64,000 bases of DNA from Dehalococcoidia bacterium (lineage in GTDB: Bacteria > Chloroflexota > Dehalococcoidia > UBA2979), in contig OZ252250.1 in the NCBI GenBank assembly GCA_965249675.1, forward strand, positions 2,461,372 through 2,525,371. Reading direction: 5' to 3'. A model generated the notes under the pieces. The model was not told the DNA's origin, did no database searches, and saw nothing but the letters and a program-made list of their open reading frames with translations. The stretch's first letter is position 1; each line of letters starts with the position of its first letter. Position numbers and translations under genes: made by a program. This document shows, in pieces, positions 49,935 through 60,137 of the stretch.

Positions 49935-52190
49935 TCAGTGGGCCCTCGGAGCGGGCGACAGGTCCGAGGACACTTCGCCACCGAGACGCGAGGGCCACCA
50001 GTTCCAGCGGCCGAACAGGATGACCAGAGTCGGGACGATCACGGTGCGGGTGATGAAGGTGTCGATCAGAACACCCGCGGCGACGGCGAAGCCCAGCTGA
50101 GTGAGATCCTGCAGCGGTAGCGACATCAACGCTGAAAAGGTCCCGGCGAGGATCAGTCCGGCCGAGGTGATTACCGGGCCAGTACGCGAGAGCGCACGCC
50201 CGGTGGCCTCTGCGAGCGGGGCGTGGCGTGCCTCTTCCCGGACTCGAGACATCAGATAGATGTTGTAGTCGACGCTCAACGCATTTAGGAACACGAAGAG
50301 AAAGAAGGGAACGCTCTGGCCGATTCCGTTGTGACCCAGCAGTCCGATGAAGATGCCGGCGGCGAGCCCGAGCGTTGCGAAGTAGGTGAAGGCGATCGTC
50401 GCCATCAGGTAGAGCGGCGCGACCAGTGAACGCAAGAGAAGGGCCAGCACCACCCCGATCGCCAGCAAGATCAGTGGCAGGACCACGACCGTGTCGCGGT
50501 TCCCGGCGGATCGAGTGTCGGATCCCTCGGCCGTTTCGCCGCCAACCAGGATGTCGCCGGTGAGCCGGGCTTCAGCCGCGCTGGTGCGGGCAAGTTGGCG
50601 CAGTTGGGCTATCGCATCGAGCGCATCGTCGCCATAGGGATTCGTCGCGAGCACCACATCGATCCGCCCGACCGAGCCGTCTGGGGAGACGAAGCGCGAT
50701 CCCGGTTCGAGTGCTGACTGGGTGAGGAGGGGGGGGCCGGCCGTGCCGAACGGGCGGCTCGGGCCGGCGGCATCAGCGACCGCGGGATGCTCGGAGAGGG
50801 CGAGGGTGAGGGTATCGATCTGCCTGAGCCGCAGTGGATCGAGCACGGACTGGCCGGGAGGGAGCGCGACGTAGACCTGCGTTGGAGCGAGTTGACCGGG
50901 AGGGAATCCGGCCCGCAAGAGCTCAAAGCTCCGCACCGACTCCGTCTCAGTCGGCAGACTCTCGAGCGGATCGTAGTTCGGCTGGTAGACGAGCAGACCG
51001 GAGAGGAGCAGTGCCAGGCAGGCGGTCGTGACGCCGAGGACCGTGCGCGGCCGGCGGAGTACGATGCCGCCGATCCGGCCATAGACGGTGTGTCGCCAGT
51101 CGCTGTGTGCCGCTGCACCGGACGATGGGCGAGGCCGGGATGGCCAGTAGGCTCCTCTCCCCAGGATGGCCAAGAGGGCCGGCACGAGCGTCAGTGCGGC
51201 CAGCATCATCAGTGCGACCGCCAGTGCGATCACGGGCCCGAGCGCCTGATAGGAGCGGAGGGTGGCGAATGCGAGCGCTACCGAGGCGACGAGGATCGTC
51301 ATCCCAGCCGAGGCCACCGAACCGCCCACCGCGCGCATCGTGCGGCGCATCGCCTCATGTTGGCCGGTGCCGGTCGCAAGTTCCTCCCGGAACCTGGCCG
51401 AAACAAACAGTACGTAGTCGGTGCCGGTTCCGAAGAGCACGACGGTCATGATCCCGGTGGTCTGACCGGAGACCGGCAGATCGAACAGACCGGCAGTCCA
51501 GGCGGCGATCCCGCCGGCGAGTTGGAAGACGAGACCGACCGTGAGCAGCGGGAGCATGGCCATCACTGGTGAGCGATAGATCAGGACCAGCAGGACCAGC
51601 ACGACGGCGACGGTGACCAGCAGCAGGAACGTGTCGATCTGGGAGAAGACCCCGACCAGGTCGACGATCAGGCCACCCGGCCCACCGACCGCGACTTCAA
51701 CACCGGGAAGATCGAGCGCAGCAGTCCGCTCGCGAATTGCCTCGACGGTCGCCGCAAACGAGGCCTCGGCAGGCTCACCACCGACATCCACGTACACATT
51801 GAGCGTCGTGCCATCGGGGGATACGAGGCCGTGGTACGCCGCGGGACCAGCCCCCGGTACCCTCACCTGCTGGACGCCTGCAGGGGCCTCTGAGCCGGTG
51901 AGCCACATCGCAAGGTCGCCTGCGGCCGCGAACGTGCGCTCGCTCAGTCCGGCGGGTTCGCTGAAGACGACCAGCAGCGGCGTCCCGGCGGCGGGGAATC
52001 GCTCCCGCGCGAGCTCGAAGGCTCTGGTCGCCTCGGCATCCCTCGGCAGGAAGAGCGCCTGCTCGTTCTCCCGGACTTCATCAAGCCGGGGAAGCTGCGA
52101 GAGCAGCGCGGCCGAGACGAGGAGCCAGCCGACCAGCGTCAGCCACTTGCCCCGCCGACTACTGGCGAAGTCCGTGAGAAGGCTCAGCAT
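49935..52190 (-). CDS. MMPL-family (RND superfamily) membrane transporter
   Basis: Two 6-TM bundles, each preceded by a large extracytoplasmic domain; 751 aa. Confidence 0.8.
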   Translation of the reverse strand: MLSLLTDFASSRRGKWLTLVGWLLVSAALLSQLPRLDEVRENEQALFLPRDAEATRAFELARERFPAAGTPLLVVFSEPAGLSERTFAAAGDLAMWLTGSEAPAGVQQVRVPGAGPAAYHGLVSPDGTTLNVYVDVGGEPAEASFAATVEAIRERTAALDLPGVEVAVGGPGGLIVDLVGVFSQIDTFLLLVTVAVVLVLLVLIYRSPVMAMLPLLTVGLVFQLAGGIAAWTAGLFDLPVSGQTTGIMTVVLFGTGTDYVLFVSARFREELATGTGQHEAMRRTMRAVGGSVASAGMTILVASVALAFATLRSYQALGPVIALAVALMMLAALTLVPALLAILGRGAYWPSRPRPSSGAAAHSDWRHTVYGRIGGIVLRRPRTVLGVTTACLALLLSGLLVYQPNYDPLESLPTETESVRSFELLRAGFPPGQLAPTQVYVALPPGQSVLDPLRLRQIDTLTLALSEHPAVADAAGPSRPFGTAGPPLLTQSALEPGSRFVSPDGSVGRIDVVLATNPYGDDALDAIAQLRQLARTSAAEARLTGDILVGGETAEGSDTRSAGNRDTVVVLPLILLAIGVVLALLLRSLVAPLYLMATIAFTYFATLGLAAGIFIGLLGHNGIGQSVPFFLFVFLNALSVDYNIYLMSRVREEARHAPLAEATGRALSRTGPVITSAGLILAGTFSALMSLPLQDLTQLGFAVAAGVLIDTFITRTVIVPTLVILFGRWNWWPSRLGGEVSSDLSPAPRAH

Positions 52191-52505
52191 GAAGTGGGCG
52201 GGCTACACGGCCGGGCGCCGCAATCGGCCCCGGAAGACCATCCGTCCGCGCGGGATGCCCTGCCGCCGCCGCGAGGGCTGCAGCGCTCACCCCTGCGCAC
52301 GCGCGAAGGCCGCTGACCCGGCTGATGAGATCGTGAAGGAATCTGCGGGTCCTGCCTGCTCCACAGGTGACGTCCGGCCATGCTACCGCAGCCGTCGGCG
52401 CGAGCTGCGCCGACGGCTCTTACCGCGGTCTCTACACTGGAGATGCGCCGGTGGGGCTAGACGCGACGTTCCCTGGGTGCGCCGGCGCGCCGACAGACTG
52501 GAGGG

Positions 52506-52934
52506 ATGATGGACAATATCGATCTCGGGAGCTTGAACTACGTCGCGATCATCGTCGCCGTCATCATCAACCAGGTCGTCGGTGCGGCCTGGTATCGCGG
52601 CTTCGGCAGCCCCTGGATGGCCGAGGTCGGGATCACGGAGGAGAGCCTCAAGGGGATGAAGGGAACGTCCAGACAGTGGTACCCCTACGTCGTCGCCGTG
52701 GTCGCCGCGCTCATCTTCACGACCACCCTGGCGGTACTGGTCCAGGGGATGGAAGCCGACGGCCCCTTCGACGGCCTGATTCTCGGTCTCATCGCCGCGG
52801 TGGGCTTCATCCTGACCTCGAATGCCACCAGCTATACGTTCGAGGACCGCAGCCTCCGGATCTACGCGATCAACTGTGGATATCCGCTGGTCGCCTACGC
52901 GCTGATCGGCATCTTGCTGGCCGCCTGGCAGTAG
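52506..52934 (+). CDS. DUF1761-family membrane protein
   Basis: MMDNIDLGSLNYVAIIVAVIINQVVGAAWY N-terminus and four TM helices. Confidence 0.55.
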   Translation: MMDNIDLGSLNYVAIIVAVIINQVVGAAWYRGFGSPWMAEVGITEESLKGMKGTSRQWYPYVVAVVAALIFTTTLAVLVQGMEADGPFDGLILGLIAAVGFILTSNATSYTFEDRSLRIYAINCGYPLVAYALIGILLAAWQ

Positions 52935-53096
52935 GGTCACGGGGTCGTGCCCGGCCGCTCCCAGGCCACCGGGACGGGCGGCGGTTGAGAGCTCGGCTTG
53001 CCGCTGGCCATGAGCGGCGGACCGCTCCCACCGCTGTCGCTCGGGCTGCGCTTCGCCCACCGCCGGCTGAGGGCGGGCCCGCGGCGGCGCGCGGAG

Positions 53097-53930
53097 TCAA
53101 CGGACTCTGGCGACCAGGGCGGCAAGCGGGGAGCGATCAGTGCCAATCTCGCGGCGCTCGAACGCCAGGAGCGCCAGTACCGCGGCCACTCCGGCGGCAG
53201 CCAGCAAGAGGGCCTGGTGCCACCAGGTCACGCCGCTGGTCAGGACTCGCTGGGCGTCGGAGTAGAAGAACGGGCTGAGGTAGCGGACCCAGTCGAGACC
53301 CGCCACCAGGTCGGCAAGGGCATTGAGCAGGTAACTCATAATCACCGTGATGGTCATCAGTCCCGCCGCGAGCCCGCGGGCAGGTGTGATCGCCGCAGCA
53401 AGCACGCTCAGGGCCACACAGCAGAGGGCGAAGGGCGCGACGCTGAGCATCGCAGCGAACAGCTCGAGCGGTCCGATTTCGTCTCGCAGGTCCACAAATG
53501 GCGCGCTCAAGAGGAAGCCGAGTGCCGCGAGGAGGTGGATGGCGGCGGTGGCCGCGGCCAGCGCGAGGAGCTTCTGTGAGAAGACGCCGCGGCGCCGGAT
53601 CGGCTGCGCGAGCAGGATCTCAAGGGTTCCCGCGCCCTCCTCACCGGCGAGCAGAGCGGTGCCGTTGATCACGGCGAAGGTTGCCAGAATGAGTGGCACC
53701 CACGCGAAGAACTCGACCTGGAGGAAGGCGCGCGGCCGCGAGAAGTCTGTGACGCCTTCACCGAAGAAGGCTTCATAGACGGCGGGCAGTTCGATCTGTT
53801 CGGCCGTTGCAGCGTACGAGGGATAGATGGTCACGACCGCGGCGGCCAGGACGCCGAGACCCAGGCCGTAGCCGACCACGTGCCAACGCAGATCGCCTGC
53901 CGTCTTGCGGGCGACCGAGAGGTCAGGCAC
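53097..53930 (-). CDS. ABC-2 type transporter permease
   Basis: Six TM helices downstream of an ABC ATPase; GTG 53930 chosen (8-nt overlap) instead of the longer track ORF. Confidence 0.7.
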   Translation of the reverse strand: MPDLSVARKTAGDLRWHVVGYGLGLGVLAAAVVTIYPSYAATAEQIELPAVYEAFFGEGVTDFSRPRAFLQVEFFAWVPLILATFAVINGTALLAGEEGAGTLEILLAQPIRRRGVFSQKLLALAAATAAIHLLAALGFLLSAPFVDLRDEIGPLELFAAMLSVAPFALCCVALSVLAAAITPARGLAAGLMTITVIMSYLLNALADLVAGLDWVRYLSPFFYSDAQRVLTSGVTWWHQALLLAAAGVAAVLALLAFERREIGTDRSPLAALVARVR

Positions 53931-54882
53931 GGCCGCGTACCGCCGACGGGTCGTCCCGGTCGGCGGTCCCCGCTGGGGCAACGTCGTAGTAGGAGAGGAA
54001 GAGGTCCTCGAGAGACGGTTCGTGCGTTTCCAGCGCCTGCACCGGGTAGCGGGCCAGGACCTTGATCAAGGGATCAATCTGGTCGCGTGACTCGAACGTC
54101 GCCTGCCGCTCGCCGACGGCAACCACACGGACCCCAGCGATGGCCCCGAAGCCTCCGGCCGGCAGGGGTTCCCCGAACGTCACGGTGATACGGTGCGGCG
54201 CAAGCCGTCGCTCCTCGGCGAGATCGACCACCGCGACGATCTGTCCGGAGCGCAGCATCGCCACCGAACTGGCGATCGCCTCGACCTCCGCCAGGACGTG
54301 AGAAGAGAAGAAGACCGTGCGGCCGTCGACGACGACCTCCCGGAGGATCGACCCGACCTCCTCCTGTACCAGTGGGTCGAGACCTGAGGTCGGTTCGTCC
54401 AGCACGATCACCTCGGGTCGCATCATCAGCGCCTGCACCACGCCGATCTTCTGGCGGTTGCCCCTTGAGAGCGTTCCGATCGGTCGGGTCGGGTCGAGAC
54501 CGAGTCGGTCGACCAGCTCCGCCCGGTAGCGGGCGTCCGCGCGCTGTGCGGCGCCACGTCTGCCGCGGAATGATGCGACATAATCGAAGAACTCCATGCC
54601 GGTCATGTGCTCGTAGAGCGCGAGATCCCCGGGCAGATAGCCGCAGCGTCGGCGAGCCTCAACACTCTCACGCTGCGCATCGAAGCCGAGCAGCGAGACG
54701 CGTCCGCCTGTGGGACGGATGAGGTCGAGCAGGACTCGGATGGCGGTCGTCTTGCCAGCGCCGTTGGGGCCGAGGAAGCCGAACACCGTGCCCTGTGGTA
54801 CCTCGAGGTCGATCGCATCGAGCGCGCGCACTCCCCCGTAGTTCTTCTCAAGGCGTTCGAAACAGATCGCTGGAACGCTCAT
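53923..54882 (-). CDS. ABC transporter ATP-binding protein (ABC-2/CcmA-like)
   Basis: GPNGAGKTT, LSRGNRQKIGVVQAL, VIVLDEPTSGLD. Confidence 0.9.
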   Translation of the reverse strand: MSVPAICFERLEKNYGGVRALDAIDLEVPQGTVFGFLGPNGAGKTTAIRVLLDLIRPTGGRVSLLGFDAQRESVEARRRCGYLPGDLALYEHMTGMEFFDYVASFRGRRGAAQRADARYRAELVDRLGLDPTRPIGTLSRGNRQKIGVVQALMMRPEVIVLDEPTSGLDPLVQEEVGSILREVVVDGRTVFFSSHVLAEVEAIASSVAMLRSGQIVAVVDLAEERRLAPHRITVTFGEPLPAGGFGAIAGVRVVAVGERQATFESRDQIDPLIKVLARYPVQALETHEPSLEDLFLSYYDVAPAGTADRDDPSAVRGRA

Positions 54883-55029
54883 CAGGCAAGTATCGGTGCT
54901 GGGGCGCCGACCGCAAGGCGGGACTCCTGCCCGGCCCGTGGCGATGATCGCTCGGCGGCCGCCGGCTGTCGGCCTCGCTCGCCCCGGAGAGGAACACGGG
55001 GCTGCGCCGTCAGGGCCGCGCTGGGCGGG

Positions 55030-56229
55030 TCAGTAGGCTCCGCGATCGCGGAGCCTACTGATCTCATCCCAGCTGTATCCCGCTTCGCCGAGCACGGCTT
55101 CGGTGTCGTGACCGGCCTCCGGTGCCGGTCCGAAACGGAGCGGTAGGCCGCGCAGGTGGAAGGGGGGCGAGACGGTCTCGATGTGCCTCCCTGATCGATG
55201 CCGCTTGGCGACGATGTATCCGTTGGCTCGCGCCTGCTCGTCGCCGGCGATCTCGGTCGCGTTGAAGATCGGGGACCAGGGGAGGTCCTGGTCGTCGAGA
55301 CGCCGCGCGAGTTCATCAGCTCCCAGGGCACCGACCAGTTCATCGAGCAGAGCGATTGCCTCCGTGGCGTGCTCACCCAGTGCCGCGGCGTTGTGGAAGC
55401 GCTCGTCCTCCACCAGGTCCGACCTGTCGAGGGCGATGCAGAGGGGCCGCCAGTATCGATCGGGCTGCAACATCGCGAACTGCACCCACTTGCCGTCACG
55501 GGAGCGATAGGAGTGATAGAGCGGATTCGAGCCCGCAGCCCGCTCGCGCCGGGGGCCCTGCCCGCCAAGCAAGGCCTGCTGGAGCAGCCATCCGTTGGTC
55601 CACATCCCGCACTGATAGAGCGAGACGTCGACGATCGATCCCGTCCCGTCGCGCTCACGTCGGAGCAGCGCCATGGTCACGCCTGCGACGAGAGCGATCG
55701 CCGAAGGCAAGTCGCCCATCGCACCTGCCAGACCCACCGGCGGAACTGCCGGCGGTGTGATCGCATCAGCGATCCCGCCGCGGGACCAGTAGGCGAGTTC
55801 ATCGAACGCCGGCCGCCCCGAGTGAGGTCCCTCGGTGCCGTAGCCGGTCGCGTGGGCGATCACCAGCTGCGGGTAGAGCCGGCCAAGTTGGTCGGGGAGC
55901 AGCCCGGCGCGTTTGAGAGCTTCCTGCCGGACATTAGTGACGAACACATCGGCATCGGTGAGCAGGCGGCGAACCACCTCCCGTCCCGCATCGGTGCCGA
56001 GGTCGAGGTGGATACTCCGCTTGCGGTTGTTCGCCAATTCGAAGCCGGCTTCGATCGCCTCATCGCCGACTTCGAGGGTTGCTGCTCGGCTCGGGTCGCC
56101 GCTGCCGGCCGGTTCGATCTTGACGACGTCAGCGCCGTACGCGGAGAGGATTCCGGCGGCCGCGGGGGCCATCACCCACGAGGCCAGTTCAATGACGCGG
56201 AGACCGTCAAGCGGCAGTTGAGTTGTCAC
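55030..56229 (-). CDS. CoA-transferase family III (CaiB/BaiF-like)
   Basis: LDGLRVIELASWVMAPAAAGILSAYGADVVKIEP N-terminal fold; GTG 56229 chosen (track ORF extends 53 codons upstream). Confidence 0.8.
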   Translation of the reverse strand: MTTQLPLDGLRVIELASWVMAPAAAGILSAYGADVVKIEPAGSGDPSRAATLEVGDEAIEAGFELANNRKRSIHLDLGTDAGREVVRRLLTDADVFVTNVRQEALKRAGLLPDQLGRLYPQLVIAHATGYGTEGPHSGRPAFDELAYWSRGGIADAITPPAVPPVGLAGAMGDLPSAIALVAGVTMALLRRERDGTGSIVDVSLYQCGMWTNGWLLQQALLGGQGPRRERAAGSNPLYHSYRSRDGKWVQFAMLQPDRYWRPLCIALDRSDLVEDERFHNAAALGEHATEAIALLDELVGALGADELARRLDDQDLPWSPIFNATEIAGDEQARANGYIVAKRHRSGRHIETVSPPFHLRGLPLRFGPAPEAGHDTEAVLGEAGYSWDEISRLRDRGAY

Positions 56230-56251
56230 GCGAGCGCTCCCTGCTGACCGC

Positions 56252-57025
56252 TCAGGCGTCGTTGAACTGCGGGGTTCGCCGCTCGGCGAACGCACGTGTG
56301 CCTTCCCGGTTGTCCGCCATCGAAGAGGCGATGCGCCCGTATTCGTGGTAGAGCCTGAGCCCCTCGCTGAGAGGCAGGTCGCGACCACGGTAGGCGAGTT
56401 CCTTGATCAACCTCGCGGCGCCGGGACCGTTCCCGGCCACACGCCGCGCCAATTCCAAAGACTCGGCCTCAAGCCGTTCGGGTGGGAAGAGGTGGCTGAC
56501 CAGCCCCACGCGGAGTGCCGTCGCGGCGTCGATGAAGTCCCCGGTCAGGAGGAGGTACATCGTCTGGCTCATGCCGATCATATCGGGCAGTCTGAGGGCG
56601 CCATAGCCGTGGAGGATGTTCCACTTCACCTCTGGCGAACCGAACTGGGAGCGCGTCGAGGCGACACGAATATCGCAGAAGAGCGCGAGCTCCAGGCCGC
56701 CGGCCAGGCAGTATCCGTCGATCACCGCAACTGTCGGAGTTGCGCATTGAAGGCCACTGTCCCAGCGGCGGGCGCGGTACGGCTGCCAGGTTCGAGCCTC
56801 GCGGTCGCTCCCCAGTTCGTAGAGGTCGTGTCCCGCCGAAAAGGCACGCTCGCCGTTTCCGGTAACAAGAATGCAACGGACCACCGGGTCTGCGTCGGCC
56901 AGCTGTAGCAGGCGGCCGACCTCGTCGTACATCGCATCGGTCATCGCGTTCATGCGTTCTGGTCGATCGAGCGTGATCCTCGCGACTCGACCTTCTGTGC
57001 TGTACGTTACCTCGTCCACGGACAC
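56252..57025 (-). CDS. enoyl-CoA hydratase/isomerase (crotonase) family protein
   Basis: ITLDRPERMNAM, ILVTGNGERAFSAGHDL oxyanion-hole region. Confidence 0.85.
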   Translation of the reverse strand: MSVDEVTYSTEGRVARITLDRPERMNAMTDAMYDEVGRLLQLADADPVVRCILVTGNGERAFSAGHDLYELGSDREARTWQPYRARRWDSGLQCATPTVAVIDGYCLAGGLELALFCDIRVASTRSQFGSPEVKWNILHGYGALRLPDMIGMSQTMYLLLTGDFIDAATALRVGLVSHLFPPERLEAESLELARRVAGNGPGAARLIKELAYRGRDLPLSEGLRLYHEYGRIASSMADNREGTRAFAERRTPQFNDA

Positions 57026-57400
57026 TCCTCGCTCATGACGCCAGCGGGTCGCCAGGCGCCGACCAGCGCCCCGGGGTGGTGAGACCGAGCGGCAGACTCA
57101 GCGATCGCGCAACGCTCTGATCGATCCACACGGCGATGAGACCGGGCGCCAGCGCCCTTTGGTCGGCGGCAAATCGCGAAGTGACTCGACCGATCGCTTG
57201 CCGCCTCCCGTTGGCCCGTTCGGGGTGGCCTGAGGATATCCCCTGTGCGCAAGGACCGCCGGGAGCTGGCCTCGCTGAGAAGCTCACGTCCTGGCTGGCC
57301 CCCGGGCCCTCCGCGTGTGCTAGCTTCACTCTCTCGCCCGTAGTCTCCGGCGCGGCGGGGGGCGACCCGGGCTCGGCGCCGCTGGGGAGGGAGGAGTGAG

Positions 57401-58531
57401 ATGAGCGTCAGCGTCCAGGAGCGCCTCGATGCCCTCTTGCGGGACTTCGAGGCCGCCGGGCAGCAGCAGGTCGGCTACCCCTGCAACCAGAACTACGACT
57501 ACTCAGCCCTGTGGCCGTTTCTTCAGTACAGCGTGAACAACATCGGTGATCCGTTCCACGCCAGTAACTTTCGGAGTAACACACACGAGATTGAACGAGA
57601 AGTCGTCAACTTATTCTCCGACATGATGCGTCTCGATCGAGACCAGGCGTGGGGCTATGTCAGCTCGGGCGGTACCGAGGGGAACATGTACGGTCTGTAC
57701 ATGGGGCGCGAGCGTTTCCCCGACGGGATGGTCTACTTCTCCCAGGACACCCACTACAGCGTGGTCAAGATCCTGAGCGTCCTGAAGCTGCGTAACATCA
57801 TGATCAAGAGCCAGGACAATGGTGAGATCGACTACGCAGACCTCCACGAGACAATCCGGGTGAATCGCGACGTCCCGGTGATATTCATCGCGAACCTCGG
57901 CACGACGATGAAGGGTGCCGTTGATGACATCTCAAAGGTCACAGACATCTTCGCCGACCTGGCGATCACCAATCGCCATATCCATGCAGACGCCGCGCTG
58001 AGCGGCATGATCCTCCCCTTCGTGGACGATCCTCAGCCTTACGGCTTCGATGCGGGGGTCGACAGCATGGCGATCAGTGGGCACAAGATGGTCGGGTCGC
58101 CACTGCCTTGCAGGGTCGCTCTCACGAGGAGCGAATACGTCACCCGCATCTCTCGCTCGATCGAGCTGGTCGGCGTTCTCGATACCACGCTGACCGGATC
58201 GCGCAACGCCATCACGCCGCTGATCCTCTGGTACGCATTCGAGCAACACGGGCTGGACGGGTTTGGGCAGATCGTGCGTCAGTGCCTTGAGACCGCCGAG
58301 TACGCAGTCTCCCGCTTCAACGAGGCGGGGATCCCGGCGTGGCGAAGCAAGAACTCAGTGACAGTCGTCTTCCCGCGCCCGCCGGCGGCGGTCATTCGCC
58401 GATGGCAGCTCGCGCCCTCGGCCGAGATCGCCCATCTGATCACGATGCCGCAGGTCACGCCCGCTGTCGTCGACCAGGTGGTGGATGACTGTCTGCGTGA
58501 GTCAGGACAGGGGCAGGATCGAGCGGGATGA
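57401..58531 (+). CDS. hdc: pyridoxal-phosphate-dependent histidine decarboxylase
   Basis: Collinear similarity to Gram-negative HdcA: YVSSGGTEGNMYGLYMGRERFPDG, YFSQDTHYSV, HADAALSGMILPFVDD, PLP-lysine motif SGHKMVGSPLPC, TGSRNAITPL. Confidence 0.85.
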   Translation: MSVSVQERLDALLRDFEAAGQQQVGYPCNQNYDYSALWPFLQYSVNNIGDPFHASNFRSNTHEIEREVVNLFSDMMRLDRDQAWGYVSSGGTEGNMYGLYMGRERFPDGMVYFSQDTHYSVVKILSVLKLRNIMIKSQDNGEIDYADLHETIRVNRDVPVIFIANLGTTMKGAVDDISKVTDIFADLAITNRHIHADAALSGMILPFVDDPQPYGFDAGVDSMAISGHKMVGSPLPCRVALTRSEYVTRISRSIELVGVLDTTLTGSRNAITPLILWYAFEQHGLDGFGQIVRQCLETAEYAVSRFNEAGIPAWRSKNSVTVVFPRPPAAVIRRWQLAPSAEIAHLITMPQVTPAVVDQVVDDCLRESGQGQDRAG

Positions 58532-58920
58532 ACAGAATCATCGTGATGGCGAGAGACGAGGTCGGCGTGATTGCCGACATCAGCGGAGTGCTTGCGGCGA
58601 ACGAGCTCAACATCGAGTCCATTGATACTGAGTCCCTCAGCGGCCATGGCGCGATCTCACTGACCACGAACGACGACGACCGTGCGCTGCAGGTTCTGAC
58701 ACATGCCGGCTTCAAGGCGGTCACCGACGACTCGTTGCTCGTCAGGCTCCGCGACGAACCGGGCGCGCTTGCCAAGATGGCCGAGAGGTTCAGGCAGAAC
58801 GGCGTCAACATTCAGAGCCTCCACATTCTCGATCGACGCGATGACCACTCGACCGTGGCCGTATCGACGAACGACCGTGCGAAGGCCGAGAGCCTCCTGG
58901 ACGGCGAGTCGATCGTCTAG
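58528..58920 (+). CDS. tandem ACT-domain regulatory protein
   Basis: Two ~60-aa ACT-like repeats (VMARDEVGVIADISGVLA / VRLRDEPGALAKMAERFR); 4-nt overlap with hdc; the stop codon TAG is the IS5 target CTAG. Confidence 0.6.
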   Translation: MNRIIVMARDEVGVIADISGVLAANELNIESIDTESLSGHGAISLTTNDDDRALQVLTHAGFKAVTDDSLLVRLRDEPGALAKMAERFRQNGVNIQSLHILDRRDDHSTVAVSTNDRAKAESLLDGESIV

Positions 58921-60110
58921 GGACGCTCTGAACAGACCCGCATGATCTGTTAAGATGCCTACACGGGATGGTATGGCATTCGACCAGATGACGAGGTGAG
59001 CGCGATGGGCGAGGCAACGTTCGCGGAGCTGTACTACGACGCGAAGAAGCGAACGACTCGCCGGGAGCGGTTTCTGGAACGACTCGATCGGCTGGTTCCG
59101 TGGCGGCAACTCGAGCAGCGCATTGCGCCCCACTACCCGATGCCGGGACGGGGGCGCCAGCCCTACCCACTGTCACTGATGCTGCGGGTGCACATCGTGC
59201 AACTGGTCGACAACCTCAGCGACCCGGCGATGGAGGACGCGCTGTACGAGAATCTCACCGTGCAGCGCTTCGTGGGGCTCAGGCTATCGGACGCGATCCC
59301 CGATGAGACGACGATTCTCAACTTCCGCCACCGGCTGGAGGCGGCCGCGCTGAGGAGGGGATTGCTCGAGGAGATCAACCGCCATCTGGAGGCGGAAGGA
59401 CTGCAGTTGAGACAGGGGACTGTGGTTGATGCCAGTATCATCAGCGCCCCCTCGTCGACCAGGAATCGGGCCAGAGCACGGGATCCCGAGATGCACCAGA
59501 CGCGCAAGGGAAACCAGTGGTACTTCGGGATGAAGTTGCACATCGGGGTGGACTCTGAGAGCGGCATCGTGCACAGCCTCCACACGACGGCGGCGAACGT
59601 GAGCGACATCACCGCGGCGCCCGACCTGCTGCACGGCAACGAAAGGCTGGTCTGTGGCGATGCGGGCTACCAGGGCATCGGAAAACGTCTGGAGCAGCGC
59701 GAGCGTGCGGTGCAGTGGCAGGTTGCCATGCGACCGGGCAAGCGGCGACTGCTCGACCGGGAGGGTGAGGAGTGGCTCGAAAGAAGCGCAAGGCCTCCGT
59801 GCGTGCGAAGGTCGAGCATCCGTTCCAGATCGTGAAGGTGCGCTTCGGCTACGCCAAGGTCCGCTACCGCGGATTGTTCAAGAACACGCAGCGGCTCGCG
59901 TTGCTGTTGGGGCTGGCCAACATGGTTCGAGCGGAGCGCCAACTTGCTGCGTAACAACGGCGCAGTGCGCCCAGAATCCCGCAGCGAGCGCCAAACGGCA
60001 CTCGCAGAGCCGCTCGCGAGCCCCGATCAGGCCGCATTCCTGACCATCAAGCGATTGAACGCCCCAGAAGAGCCTGATCGGCCGCATTTCGCGGCCAGTT
60101 CAGAGCGTCC
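58921..60110 (+). mobile_element. IS5-family insertion sequence, copy 4 (1190 bp) with perfect CTAG target duplication
   Basis: IRs GGACGCTCTGAAC; CTAG at 58917-58920 and 60111-60114. Confidence 0.9.
58996..59954 (+). pseudogene. IS5-family transposase with 1-nt deletion near the 3' end
   Basis: Identical to copy 3 up to ...EGEEWLE; one G missing at ~59781 shifts the frame; the C-terminal 60 aa reappear in ORF 59772-59954. Confidence 0.8.
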
Positions 60111-60137
60111 CTAGCGGTGCGAGAGACCCCTCCGCCG

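Noticed and set aside
55198-56247. 349-aa plus-strand ORF
   Set aside because: Antisense to the CoA-transferase gene, which has a clear family signature.
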